From the IMG/VR virus record IMGVR_UViG_3300024265_000041, positions 20,256-84,255 of that record: a stretch of 64,000 nt of DNA; one strand, written 5' to 3'. Position numbers and translations under genes: made by a program. The DNA comes from a virus. The notes under the pieces were generated by a model. It did no database searches and had not been told where the DNA came from. It worked only from the letters and a program-made list of their open reading frames with translations. Below, piece after piece: positions 46,001-53,671 of this stretch. The stretch's first letter is position 1. Every line of letters starts with the position of its first letter.

Positions 46001-46540
46001 TCAGATTGGTATGCGGGTAAGTATTTTATAAATGTGAGTATAAGGTATTTTCCCTTTTGGTTGAGGTCCAGTTAGTAAAACCTGAGACTCAATGTAGTCG
46101 GAAGTATGAAACCCATGCTCTAACGTTGGGTCTTGTGGAAACTTTAGTTCGACTGTAGTTTCAATCGCAGATTTAGCCCTATAAATAATGCCTTTTAAAT
46201 TCTTGATTTCCTGCTCTAAATTTGGGATACCCTGAAGCTCTCTCTTCTGTTTTCTTTGAAGATTATCAAGATTTATGATTTCCTTGTTTTTTTCGTCGAT
46301 AGCGATTATGTGACCGTCTTTAACTACTGCTATCCGACTCGTTAAGTGTTCTACTTGGCGCTTTAGTCCAAGTTTTTCTTTACGTGATTTTTTAACTTCC
46401 AAAATTAACTGTTCATTGGTTAGTGTGTTTAAAGATTTCATTTTTGGGTCCTCTAGTTTTTCGCTTTTGGTGCTTTTAGGAGCGGGGCATCCTTCTGACC
46501 CGCAGTTAAGTAAACAATGTTCATGAGGTATGTTATTCAC
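46001..46540 (-). CDS. Coiled-coil hypothetical protein
   Basis: Heptad-rich centre. Confidence 0.55.
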   Translation of the reverse strand: MNNIPHEHCLLNCGSEGCPAPKSTKSEKLEDPKMKSLNTLTNEQLILEVKKSRKEKLGLKRQVEHLTSRIAVVKDGHIIAIDEKNKEIINLDNLQRKQKRELQGIPNLEQEIKNLKGIIYRAKSAIETTVELKFPQDPTLEHGFHTSDYIESQVLLTGPQPKGKIPYTHIYKILTRIPI

Positions 46541-48263
46541 AGATATTGTACCTCCCCCCTAAATACAGAAGATCTCTGGTACCAACTTTACCTCCGTTCT
46601 CGTTCGAATGGATTAAAGTATTAACCACAATTTTATCTTCACTATAATATGCCACAACCCTCATACAACGAGTGTCTCCTAGTTCTTTAATAACTCTTAA
46701 TTCTTCCTCACAACCTACGTCTGTAGTGAGCGCATAACTAATAACCATAGAATGGTACTCAGGACTTATTGATTGTGCCTTTTCCATTGCTATAGTATCT
46801 TCGTCTGCTTCTAGCCAGTCCCAAGAACGTCCTCCAAAAATATCCCCATCAGGTAACTTTTGTTCTGGGTCGAAACTGAATTCATGAATTTGACCATAGT
46901 CAGGGAACGCTGCTGGAGGAAAAGTACTCCAATAGTCCTCTGTCTGAATTACTCCTTCCATTTTGAAATAATCTCTTGGCCATGTAGTCTTTAACCAACC
47001 TCTGTATTTTGCCCCTCCATCCCCAAGTTGGATGTCAATATAATCTTTATCTTCTTCTAAACAACCCCCAGGTCTGTTTGATATTTTGTTTTTTCTTTTT
47101 ACTTTTTTAGGAGGATTAGAGGGTACTGAAGATTGTATAGATTCAGACTGTTTGATAATGGTTTCTTTTTTATATTTTTCAAGACTTTCTACCCTGGTTG
47201 TTAAAGATTTTATGATCTCAGTCTGATCTACGATTAAATTAGCGTTAGCCAATAATTTTGACAATACCCCTTCTGATAAAAGTAATCTATTGAGAAACCC
47301 TTTAGCTTTTTGATTCAACCTTTCATTAGGTTTAGCTTTAGAAGTTATGAAATTAGACTGTTCAGGAAGTCTTCCAGTACCGGCCATTATAGTAGATAAA
47401 GCAATCTTACCTAGTGTTGCTAAATTTTCTTCTCTTACTACTTTTAACCACCCTTTCAATTTTAATGCATATTTAGGATCCCTTGATACCTCTTCAGAAA
47501 ACATAGGATTAAAGTTAGATAACCCAATAATTCCATCAACTCCTAAAATGAAGTAGTCTAGGTCTAGTATCCCTCTTTCTGCAACTTCTCTGCTAGCCTT
47601 TTTAATTCGATCATATTCGTTCAAATATTTGTACGCAGTAGGGTAACTAACCTTGAGACTTTTAACTATTTCTTTTACCCCTAGCTTCCCCCCTTCAGGT
47701 ATGAATTTATTTAACTCATTAAGTTTATCAATAATTTCATCAGTTACAGAAGATTTTCGTAGAAACTCTTTATCTAAACCAAAATCGTAGTCCCTCCTCT
47801 CGCTAGGGAATAACATAGTTAAATGCTCTGGATTGATACAATCTTTGCTTCCGCAACAGGGGACGATTAGATCCCCTCTTTCGTAAAGCAATTTGGCTTC
47901 ATAACCTTCTGGGAAAGAGTTTGGAGTTTCTATCTCTAAGGCTTTCAATCCCCCTTTTGATTTATAAAAACACTCTAAAAACCCATAGAACACTGACTCA
48001 TAGTAATCCTGGTAGGTCTGAGGCCACAATGGTTCCGGTCTAGATAACATCCATAAATATTTACGGATATCAACCTTCCTTCCTCTGTTACTGTCTCTGG
48101 GGTCACCGTTAATATTAGTCGGCCCATTCCAAATCATGCATTGACTGTTAGAGTTTTCGTCTGGGCAATTAACTAATTCAATATGTTTTTCTAGCTTCAA
48201 CAACCTTGCAGTTTTATGGTAGTTGGAAGCACCAGCCGCCTTAAGGGTCATATCCTCCTGCAT
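46533..48263 (-). CDS. Large HNH-derived/HTH DNA-binding protein
   Basis: CMIWNG....G.P, PCCGSKDCINPEHL, HTH EIVKSLKVSYPTAYKY, coiled coil. Confidence 0.6.
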   Translation of the reverse strand: MQEDMTLKAAGASNYHKTARLLKLEKHIELVNCPDENSNSQCMIWNGPTNINGDPRDSNRGRKVDIRKYLWMLSRPEPLWPQTYQDYYESVFYGFLECFYKSKGGLKALEIETPNSFPEGYEAKLLYERGDLIVPCCGSKDCINPEHLTMLFPSERRDYDFGLDKEFLRKSSVTDEIIDKLNELNKFIPEGGKLGVKEIVKSLKVSYPTAYKYLNEYDRIKKASREVAERGILDLDYFILGVDGIIGLSNFNPMFSEEVSRDPKYALKLKGWLKVVREENLATLGKIALSTIMAGTGRLPEQSNFITSKAKPNERLNQKAKGFLNRLLLSEGVLSKLLANANLIVDQTEIIKSLTTRVESLEKYKKETIIKQSESIQSSVPSNPPKKVKRKNKISNRPGGCLEEDKDYIDIQLGDGGAKYRGWLKTTWPRDYFKMEGVIQTEDYWSTFPPAAFPDYGQIHEFSFDPEQKLPDGDIFGGRSWDWLEADEDTIAMEKAQSISPEYHSMVISYALTTDVGCEEELRVIKELGDTRCMRVVAYYSEDKIVVNTLIHSNENGGKVGTRDLLYLGGRYNICE

Positions 48264-48277
48264 TTTAACCCTCCAGT

Positions 48278-48463
48278 TTAAAGACCGTCATCTATCACTC
48301 CCTCTTCTAAAAGGAAGTCATAGACAGCCTCATCATGAGTATCGATTGGTACTGCTACAAAAATGTAATCGTCTGACTTATGGTGTTCCTTCGTGAATTT
48401 ATCTAACTCACATGGGAAGCACCAAAAATTATCTGGCCAGACGCATACATAAAAGTTATACAT
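48278..48463 (-). CDS. Small hypothetical protein
   Basis: VWPD.FWC...KSDDY. Confidence 0.55.
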   Translation of the reverse strand: MYNFYVCVWPDNFWCFPCELDKFTKEHHKSDDYIFVAVPIDTHDEAVYDFLLEEGVIDDGL

Positions 48464-48472
48464 ACATAACCC

Positions 48473-49657
48473 TTAAACGAGGGGCTTACCTTGAGAGTTA
48501 CATTTCCTTTTCGCAAGACCAACTGCGAAAGAGGGCATCCCGTCTTCTGTTACGTCTTGGTATTTACAAGTGATCCATTTACCAACCCACTCTTCAGGAG
48601 CAGTAAGCATTACCTTACGTTCTTTGTGGGTTCGTTTAGGGGTGCAATTGAAAGTAGAAGTTTCCTGAGCAATGTAACTCTTATAGGCGAATTTGAACCC
48701 TTCAGGAATTTCACAGGTTAGCATGGCGTTTCCATTTTTGTCAGGCCACATATCTACAATTTTGAATTCGTTGTCATAAAATATTTTATATTTGAACATG
48801 TGGGCAGACCGTTTCCCCATGGTATACTCCCCAGAAAGGTGTCTGATAATGATACCTTCAAACCCTTGTCCGGTAAGTTCCATGTGTGCTCTACGCATAG
48901 ACTCTTCGTTAGGGATTGAAATACATCCAACTAAGTGAAAATTATTTTCAGAGTAATTGTATTCCTCGTAGGCCTTATTTAAAAGCCTATACCGCTCACT
49001 GAATGGCATACCTAAAATGATTAAATCAAATAAATGAAACTCAAGCTCTTCAGTCAAACCTGGCTTATAAACTTCAGCTCTTGAGAAAATCCTTTGAAGA
49101 GGTAATCCGTGTAAATAAACTTCACCGTCCAACGCTAGACATCGGTTATTACAAAGTTTATTTACAGATCTTAATAATTGGTCAGAAGCCTCTACAAGAT
49201 GCTCCACATTGTAGACTTCACCTTTGCGTGATAGCATCTGAAAATCACCGGGGGTGAACCCATTAGGCCAAAGTTTATTACCCACGGTCAGTCTTAACCC
49301 ATCGAGTTTAGCTTGCCCTACTGTGTCATCCCAGTTAACCCTATGCGGAACTTTTTTGAAATCCAGAGCCAACTGCGCTCGTAACTTCAAACCTGACAGT
49401 TCGATGTCTACGTTATAGTCGTCAAGTTTTACTTTGGCTCGATGCTTAGATTTAGACTCAAGTACTGCCTGTTCTTCTGGGGTAGTTTCGTTAGATTTTC
49501 CCACGTTCTTAGCTTTAGATTTAGACCTTTGCTGTTTTAGCTTTCCGCCAACTAAACCTGACTCGCTGACTACAGTGTCCCCTTCAGTCCAAACTGACCA
49601 TTGTCGGTCTCTGTTTTTAGAGTCACGGATAAAAACTGTCGGTAGTAATTGTTGCAT
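48473..49657 (-). CDS. ATP-dependent DNA ligase with N-terminal WGR-like domain
   Basis: KLDGLR, LDGEVY, FHLFD, GFEGIIIR, KRS..MFKYK, G.P.F. Confidence 0.93.
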   Translation of the reverse strand: MQQLLPTVFIRDSKNRDRQWSVWTEGDTVVSESGLVGGKLKQQRSKSKAKNVGKSNETTPEEQAVLESKSKHRAKVKLDDYNVDIELSGLKLRAQLALDFKKVPHRVNWDDTVGQAKLDGLRLTVGNKLWPNGFTPGDFQMLSRKGEVYNVEHLVEASDQLLRSVNKLCNNRCLALDGEVYLHGLPLQRIFSRAEVYKPGLTEELEFHLFDLIILGMPFSERYRLLNKAYEEYNYSENNFHLVGCISIPNEESMRRAHMELTGQGFEGIIIRHLSGEYTMGKRSAHMFKYKIFYDNEFKIVDMWPDKNGNAMLTCEIPEGFKFAYKSYIAQETSTFNCTPKRTHKERKVMLTAPEEWVGKWITCKYQDVTEDGMPSFAVGLAKRKCNSQGKPLV

Positions 49658-49689
49658 CTTGTTCTCCTGTAAAGTAAAACGATTTTTCT

Positions 49690-49935
49690 CTAACTATTTT
49701 TCAATTCACGATCAACTCGTTCTTCCATCATCTCCCAAACTTTTTCATACTCAGGCCATCCAGATTCTACTACAACACAATTGAAAGGAGGATTATGGCA
49801 TGTACCTCCCCTCCTAATTTTCTCAATGGTATTACACACCATTTGAAAACCCTCAAGGTGCGTCTTAGGTAAAATTGATCTGGCTGTTTCCAGATCACTA
49901 AGTTTTATTACTAAATATCTGTTCTCTCTTTTCAT
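49690..49935 (-). CDS. Phage hypothetical protein
   Basis: RENRYLVIK..D...CVVVES.WPEYE.VW.M.E.R. Confidence 0.65.
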   Translation of the reverse strand: MKRENRYLVIKLSDLETARSILPKTHLEGFQMVCNTIEKIRRGGTCHNPPFNCVVVESGWPEYEKVWEMMEERVDRELKNS

Positions 49936-49936
49936 A

Positions 49937-50506
49937 CTATTTCCCAGAGTTAATTGAAAATTTCTTTTTAATGCTATCTCGTCTTACATAGAATAATCCT
50001 AGAGGACGTTCTTCAGGCTCAAACGTAACTACAAACGAACCTCTTGTGTTCCCTGAGACAGGTTCTCCTTTCTTAATATACCTATCAGGTTTTCCACCTT
50101 TACCGGGGATAATCCAATCACATGCTGCGATGAAGGAGATACGACCGTTTATGTAAATAAGGTCGCTGGCATTATCAAAAATTTTCTCATAATGATCCTC
50201 ACCGTTCGCTGTAGGGATCAACATAACTGTGATAAACCCTTTCTTTTTCTCCTCAATCGCCTTATCTACCCAGGGAGAAATTTTGTCATACGGAGGATTT
50301 AAAAACCCACGCCTAAATTTAGACCAGTCCTGTTTCAGACTATCTTGTTCAAGTGTGAAATAGTTATCACACAACGCGTTCTCATCAGACGCTGCTAGGT
50401 CTACATCGAAGTCGTATAAACTGTCTAACCAGTTAGCTAGATAGTAAGGGGTTCCGTATGAGTTTCTAAACTCTAAAGGGGTTTTAGAGTTATGATCAGC
50501 CATCAC
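49937..50506 (-). CDS. Phage DNA N6-adenine methyltransferase (Dam-like)
   Basis: TP, FDVDLAAS..NA.C..YFT...DSL.Q.W, NPPY, GRISF. Confidence 0.9.
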   Translation of the reverse strand: MMADHNSKTPLEFRNSYGTPYYLANWLDSLYDFDVDLAASDENALCDNYFTLEQDSLKQDWSKFRRGFLNPPYDKISPWVDKAIEEKKKGFITVMLIPTANGEDHYEKIFDNASDLIYINGRISFIAACDWIIPGKGGKPDRYIKKGEPVSGNTRGSFVVTFEPEERPLGLFYVRRDSIKKKFSINSGK

Positions 50507-50675
50507 GTCTTTTTGTTGCTAGCCTACTTAGCAACATCCCAAGTTCATTCAGGTTCCTATAATCCTGGAGAACCAGCTTATCCATTTGAGGTAAAATATC
50601 CTCAAAAAAATTGTTCGACCTGTCAATGCACTCCTGCATGTCTTTCACTCGTTGTTCATTAATAGTGATACCCAT
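50496..50675 (-). CDS. Small hypothetical protein (59 aa, not in ORF track)
   Basis: GAGGT RBS; MGITINEQRVKDMQ...ILPQ..KLVLQDY..LNE. Confidence 0.6.
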   Translation of the reverse strand: MGITINEQRVKDMQECIDRSNNFFEDILPQMDKLVLQDYRNLNELGMLLSRLATKRRDG

Positions 50676-50693
50676 CTTTACCTCTTTCTACAG

Positions 50694-51011
50694 TTATTTT
50701 TTACATTGGAATATTAATTTATATCCTAAAAGGACATTTTGTAATTTAACGGCTAGAGCACCATGAACCCTGTTACCTCCATAAAACTGGATGTAAGCTT
50801 CTTCAGTTACCCCATGACCACAACACGCATTCATAACTCCCCCTGGTAATTTCTCTATGCAGGGGTCATCACCATTTGCATTTCTCATTCTTTTACAAAC
50901 TCCACAAGGAGTTTTTCTCCAATTTTCTACTGTTGGTTCCATAGTGTCTGTGTAAAACCACTGACCTTTCACACAAATCATTGGATTTCCTCTTAATAGA
51001 TCTTTGTCCAC
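50694..51011 (-). CDS. Cys/His-rich hypothetical protein (paralogue of 26740-27036)
   Basis: CGVC...DPC...LPG..MNACCGHG..EAYIQ. Confidence 0.7.
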   Translation of the reverse strand: MDKDLLRGNPMICVKGQWFYTDTMEPTVENWRKTPCGVCKRMRNANGDDPCIEKLPGGVMNACCGHGVTEEAYIQFYGGNRVHGALAVKLQNVLLGYKLIFQCKK

Positions 51012-51033
51012 TAATTGCTCCTTAATTCATCGG

Positions 51034-51885
51034 TTACACACTGAAAGGGTATTTTATTGCAGGGTGATGTTGATACCCAATCAATTTAAAGTCATCCAAG
51101 GTGACCCAGGTTTCTAAGTCCTCAAGTGATTTAATTTTTGGGTTTATTTTCATGGTCGGCAGACGGAAGGGGTTTCGAATAAGTTGAACGTCCCGCAAAA
51201 GTATTAACTGATCTTCGTAGATGTGAGCATTAACAATTTTATGAAAAGCCGTGCCAGGTTTTAGCCCAGTAATTTGAGCCATAATCATTAACAGCCATGC
51301 AACCTGAATTTGATTAAACCCATGACCTAAACATAAATCGTCTGACCGTTGGTAAGAGGTTAGGTACAGAACCCCGTCGAGAATACTGAAAGTGTGAGTG
51401 TGCATACATGAGTTTAGGCAGGCTCTGTCACGCTCTCCAGGATTCATGAATGTAACTATTTCACTTCTGTTGTCTATACCCTTTCTAAGGTCCATATAAA
51501 CGTCTCGAAGTTGGTCTACCTTATGACCTTCTGGGTTCCTCCAATCGCGTCCCTGGGCTCCGTAGCATCGCCCCATGTCGTCTTTTCCCATACGGAATGG
51601 GTTGGCTAACCAATCTTGGTTTTCATTGGCGTTGGCGTCCCAAGTGTTTGTTCCAAGTTCTCTGAACTGCCTAGCGCTGGTGTATCCTCGAATGTACCCC
51701 AACATTTCTGCCACTGCTTTTTTCCAGAAAGACTTCTTCGTGGTAAGGATTGGCAATATCCCTTCACTCACGTCGTATTCAAAGTCAGCATTAATAACAG
51801 TAAGGCACCTCTTCCCAGTGCGTTTATTTTTAACCCAAACACCCTGATTAATTACCCGCTTACATAAATCTAAATATTGCTGCAC
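51034..51885 (-). CDS. thyA: Thymidylate synthase
   Basis: RTG, PILTTKK, YG.Q.R, catalytic Cys in SCMH, YQRS.D..LG..FN, NAHIY, Y..HP.I; 283 aa. Confidence 0.95.
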   Translation of the reverse strand: MQQYLDLCKRVINQGVWVKNKRTGKRCLTVINADFEYDVSEGILPILTTKKSFWKKAVAEMLGYIRGYTSARQFRELGTNTWDANANENQDWLANPFRMGKDDMGRCYGAQGRDWRNPEGHKVDQLRDVYMDLRKGIDNRSEIVTFMNPGERDRACLNSCMHTHTFSILDGVLYLTSYQRSDDLCLGHGFNQIQVAWLLMIMAQITGLKPGTAFHKIVNAHIYEDQLILLRDVQLIRNPFRLPTMKINPKIKSLEDLETWVTLDDFKLIGYQHHPAIKYPFSV

Positions 51886-51929
51886 TTTGTTTCTCCAATT
51901 GTTTGGTTTTCTGAATCTGTATATTACAC

Positions 51930-51996
51930 GAACAGGTATTAATAGGCAGTTGCTTTAGCCTGTCACTTACGCCCCAGCTTCGAGGGGACCTTATTC
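51930..51996 (-). ncRNA. Candidate structured RNA (three-way junction) between tRNA-Pro and thyA
   Basis: Closing stem GAAU(A)AGGU/ACCUGUUC, hairpins CCCC/GGGG and AGGC/GCCU; non-coding interval. Confidence 0.4.
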
Positions 51997-52007
51997 TTTA
52001 CTAATTT

Positions 52008-52084
52008 TGGTCGGGGCAACAGGATTCGAACCTGCGACAACTCGCATCCAAGGCGAGGACTCTACCAAACTGAGCTACACCCCG
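52008..52084 (-). tRNA. tRNA-Pro(UGG), CCA encoded
   Basis: CGGGGTG acceptor, TAGCTCAG..TGGTAGAG D arm, CTCGC-CTTGGAT-GCGAG anticodon arm, GGTTCGAATCC T arm, ACCA end. Confidence 0.97.
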
Positions 52085-52090
52085 TACTAT

Positions 52091-52666
52091 TTATTCCTCT
52101 TCTGCTTTATCTGCGCGAGCGTTAGCAGCGTCGTTCGAGTATTTAAGCCCTTCATACCGCTTAGATAATTTCTCCACGTTATGCTCAAGTGTTTCCTGGC
52201 GGGTGATGCCTAAACCCTGACGAATACCCGCCATGTAAAACTCCAAATCACCAAGTTCTTCTTTGGCATTTTCTCGGTCTAGATCTTTACCATAGATTAC
52301 AAACTTTTTAACCGCTTCTGACAGCTCCCCTGCCTCCCCGACAATCCCAGTAGCCATGTGCCAAACATGGGCTTTCTTTGGGGTTAGTTCAGCAATGATA
52401 TCTTCCCCCTTCTTACAAAGCGCCTTTACCATTTCTGAATGTACTATTTTCTTTTTAAAATCATTTGAATCTAGCTTACCCACTTCCTTTTTTGTTAAAC
52501 TTAAAATCTGGCTACGGAGAGACGCTATTTTGATTCTGCATTTCCTACTTGACAATGGAAGTACCCTAGTACACTCTGCACAGATCGTCTCCCCGTCCAT
52601 AAAAGTTGGCATTACCCCTTCCTCGCCACAATAATCACATTCTTTAATTGGTGCATCACTCATCAT
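52091..52666 (-). CDS. mazG: MazG-like NTP pyrophosphohydrolase with N-terminal Zn ribbon
   Basis: GIVGEAGEL.E.VKK, EELGDL.FY, N..KL.KRY; CDYC...CAEC; GGAGG RBS supports ATG 52666. Confidence 0.85.
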   Translation of the reverse strand: MMSDAPIKECDYCGEEGVMPTFMDGETICAECTRVLPLSSRKCRIKIASLRSQILSLTKKEVGKLDSNDFKKKIVHSEMVKALCKKGEDIIAELTPKKAHVWHMATGIVGEAGELSEAVKKFVIYGKDLDRENAKEELGDLEFYMAGIRQGLGITRQETLEHNVEKLSKRYEGLKYSNDAANARADKAEEE

Positions 52667-52681
52667 TACCTCCACTTTAAG

Positions 52682-52771
52682 AAATTTACATACGGAGTAG
52701 GTCGGATCCCTCTACAGGAATAAGGTTCGCGCTGACGAGGCGCTAATCCGATCCACTTCCTATATAAACTT
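52682..52771 (-). ncRNA. Candidate structured RNA: long stem topped by a three-way junction
   Basis: AAGUUUAUAUA/UAUGUAAAUUU, GGAAGUGG/CUACUCC, UCGGAUU/GAUCCGA; apical hairpins GCGC-CUCGUCA-GCGC and CCUUAU..GUAGAGG; G-U pairs indicate minus strand. Confidence 0.65.
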
Positions 52772-52781
52772 AAATTTCTCT

Positions 52782-52868
52782 AACTAAGTATAGGCAACTA
52801 GTGAACTGTTACGCTTTCTTTAAAGGATGGCTGTCTCTAAGCCTACCTCTTAGCTCCCATACTTAACT
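52782..52868 (-). ncRNA. 23S rRNA GTPase-associated-centre (H43-H44, uL11-binding domain) mimic RNA on a carrier stem
   Basis: 52797-52854 reads GCTAAGAGGTAGGCTTAGAGACAGCCATCCTTTAAAGAAAGCGTAACAGTTCACTAGT, 48/58 ungapped identity to recalled E. coli 23S nt 1051-1108; non-rRNA flanks pair to 13 bp. Confidence 0.88.
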
Positions 52869-52869
52869 C

Positions 52870-53124
52870 TCAGATATCTTGATCTCTTTCACGCTTTCCT
52901 ACTATAGTCCCAGCCAACATCTCTATGATTCTACCTGTCGCCATTACTAGAAACTTTTTCCCACTCTCGTCCTGCATTTGAATGTCGACTGTAGGTAGCC
53001 CGTTTATTGTGCCCTTGCCTACAATAACGCATTTCTTAATAACAAGTAAGGTAGTTTTATTTCCATACTTTTGAGCCTCTTCCGGGTAGTCAACAATCTC
53101 CACCTTAAAATTACGGGTTTGCAT
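52870..53124 (-). CDS. Hypothetical protein
   Basis: GGAG RBS; VIVGKGT..G.PTVD....D..G..F. Confidence 0.6.
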   Translation of the reverse strand: MQTRNFKVEIVDYPEEAQKYGNKTTLLVIKKCVIVGKGTINGLPTVDIQMQDESGKKFLVMATGRIIEMLAGTIVGKRERDQDI

Positions 53125-53183
53125 TTTTCTATCTCCAAATTGTTTTTGAATTTTGCTAAACTTATATCAAAACTACTTCCAAA

Positions 53184-53360
53184 CTACTCCTTATATTTAG
53201 TCAGGTCAATTTCTACCGCTTTCCCTGTTACTTTGTCAGTTACATTGAAGACCAAGGCGATAGTGTCCGGGTTCCTCTGAGCCTCTAGTGCCTTCCTAGC
53301 CGCCTCCAGAGGGGAGTCGGCTTCTTCATCAATTATCCATTCTACTAAATAACTTCTCAC
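53184..53360 (-). CDS. Small hypothetical protein (58 aa, not in ORF track)
   Basis: GGAGG RBS, GTG start; Y.V.W.ID.EADSP.EAA..AL..QR.P.T.A.VF.V. Confidence 0.65.
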   Translation of the reverse strand: MRSYLVEWIIDEEADSPLEAARKALEAQRNPDTIALVFNVTDKVTGKAVEIDLTKYKE

Positions 53361-53369
53361 AACTACCTC

Positions 53370-53624
53370 CTAAAAATACTTTTTCAAAATCTCATAATCA
53401 CCAAGAGGAATAGGCTTCACCTTAAAAACCTTGTAGACCATTTCATCCCTATCCCAGCACTTTTGTTTCAGTACAGGATCTATCCCAGCCCAATCTGGTT
53501 GCCCATGGCACTCACCTTCGAGCGCCTTAGTTCCTGCCTGAAGTGCATCAGGCGCTTCAATTAGTTGCTTCGACCTTTTCTCATACTCTCCAATGTGAAG
53601 AGATAATGTGACTAGAAATTTCAT
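53370..53624 (-). CDS. Hypothetical protein
   Basis: GAGG RBS. Confidence 0.55.
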   Translation of the reverse strand: MKFLVTLSLHIGEYEKRSKQLIEAPDALQAGTKALEGECHGQPDWAGIDPVLKQKCWDRDEMVYKVFKVKPIPLGDYEILKKYF

Positions 53625-53671
53625 ATCTTTTCCTCTGTTAATTATTTATACCCAAACCAACTACAATCCGT

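Noticed and set aside
51930-52007. HDV-like (theta) ribozyme after the tRNA
   Set aside because: I could not build the nested double pseudoknot; the element does not start at the tRNA 3' end, and CCA is already encoded.
52725-52760. Hammerhead ribozyme (CTGACGA on + strand)
   Set aside because: No GAAA or cleavage triplet in the required topology, and G-U pairs show the fold is on the minus strand.
52797-52854. Host rRNA contamination or a true 23S rRNA gene
   Set aside because: Only 58 nt match, ending at the domain boundaries; the flanks are non-rRNA and pair with each other; several highly conserved rRNA positions differ; neighbouring phage genes are intact. A read-level check is still advisable.
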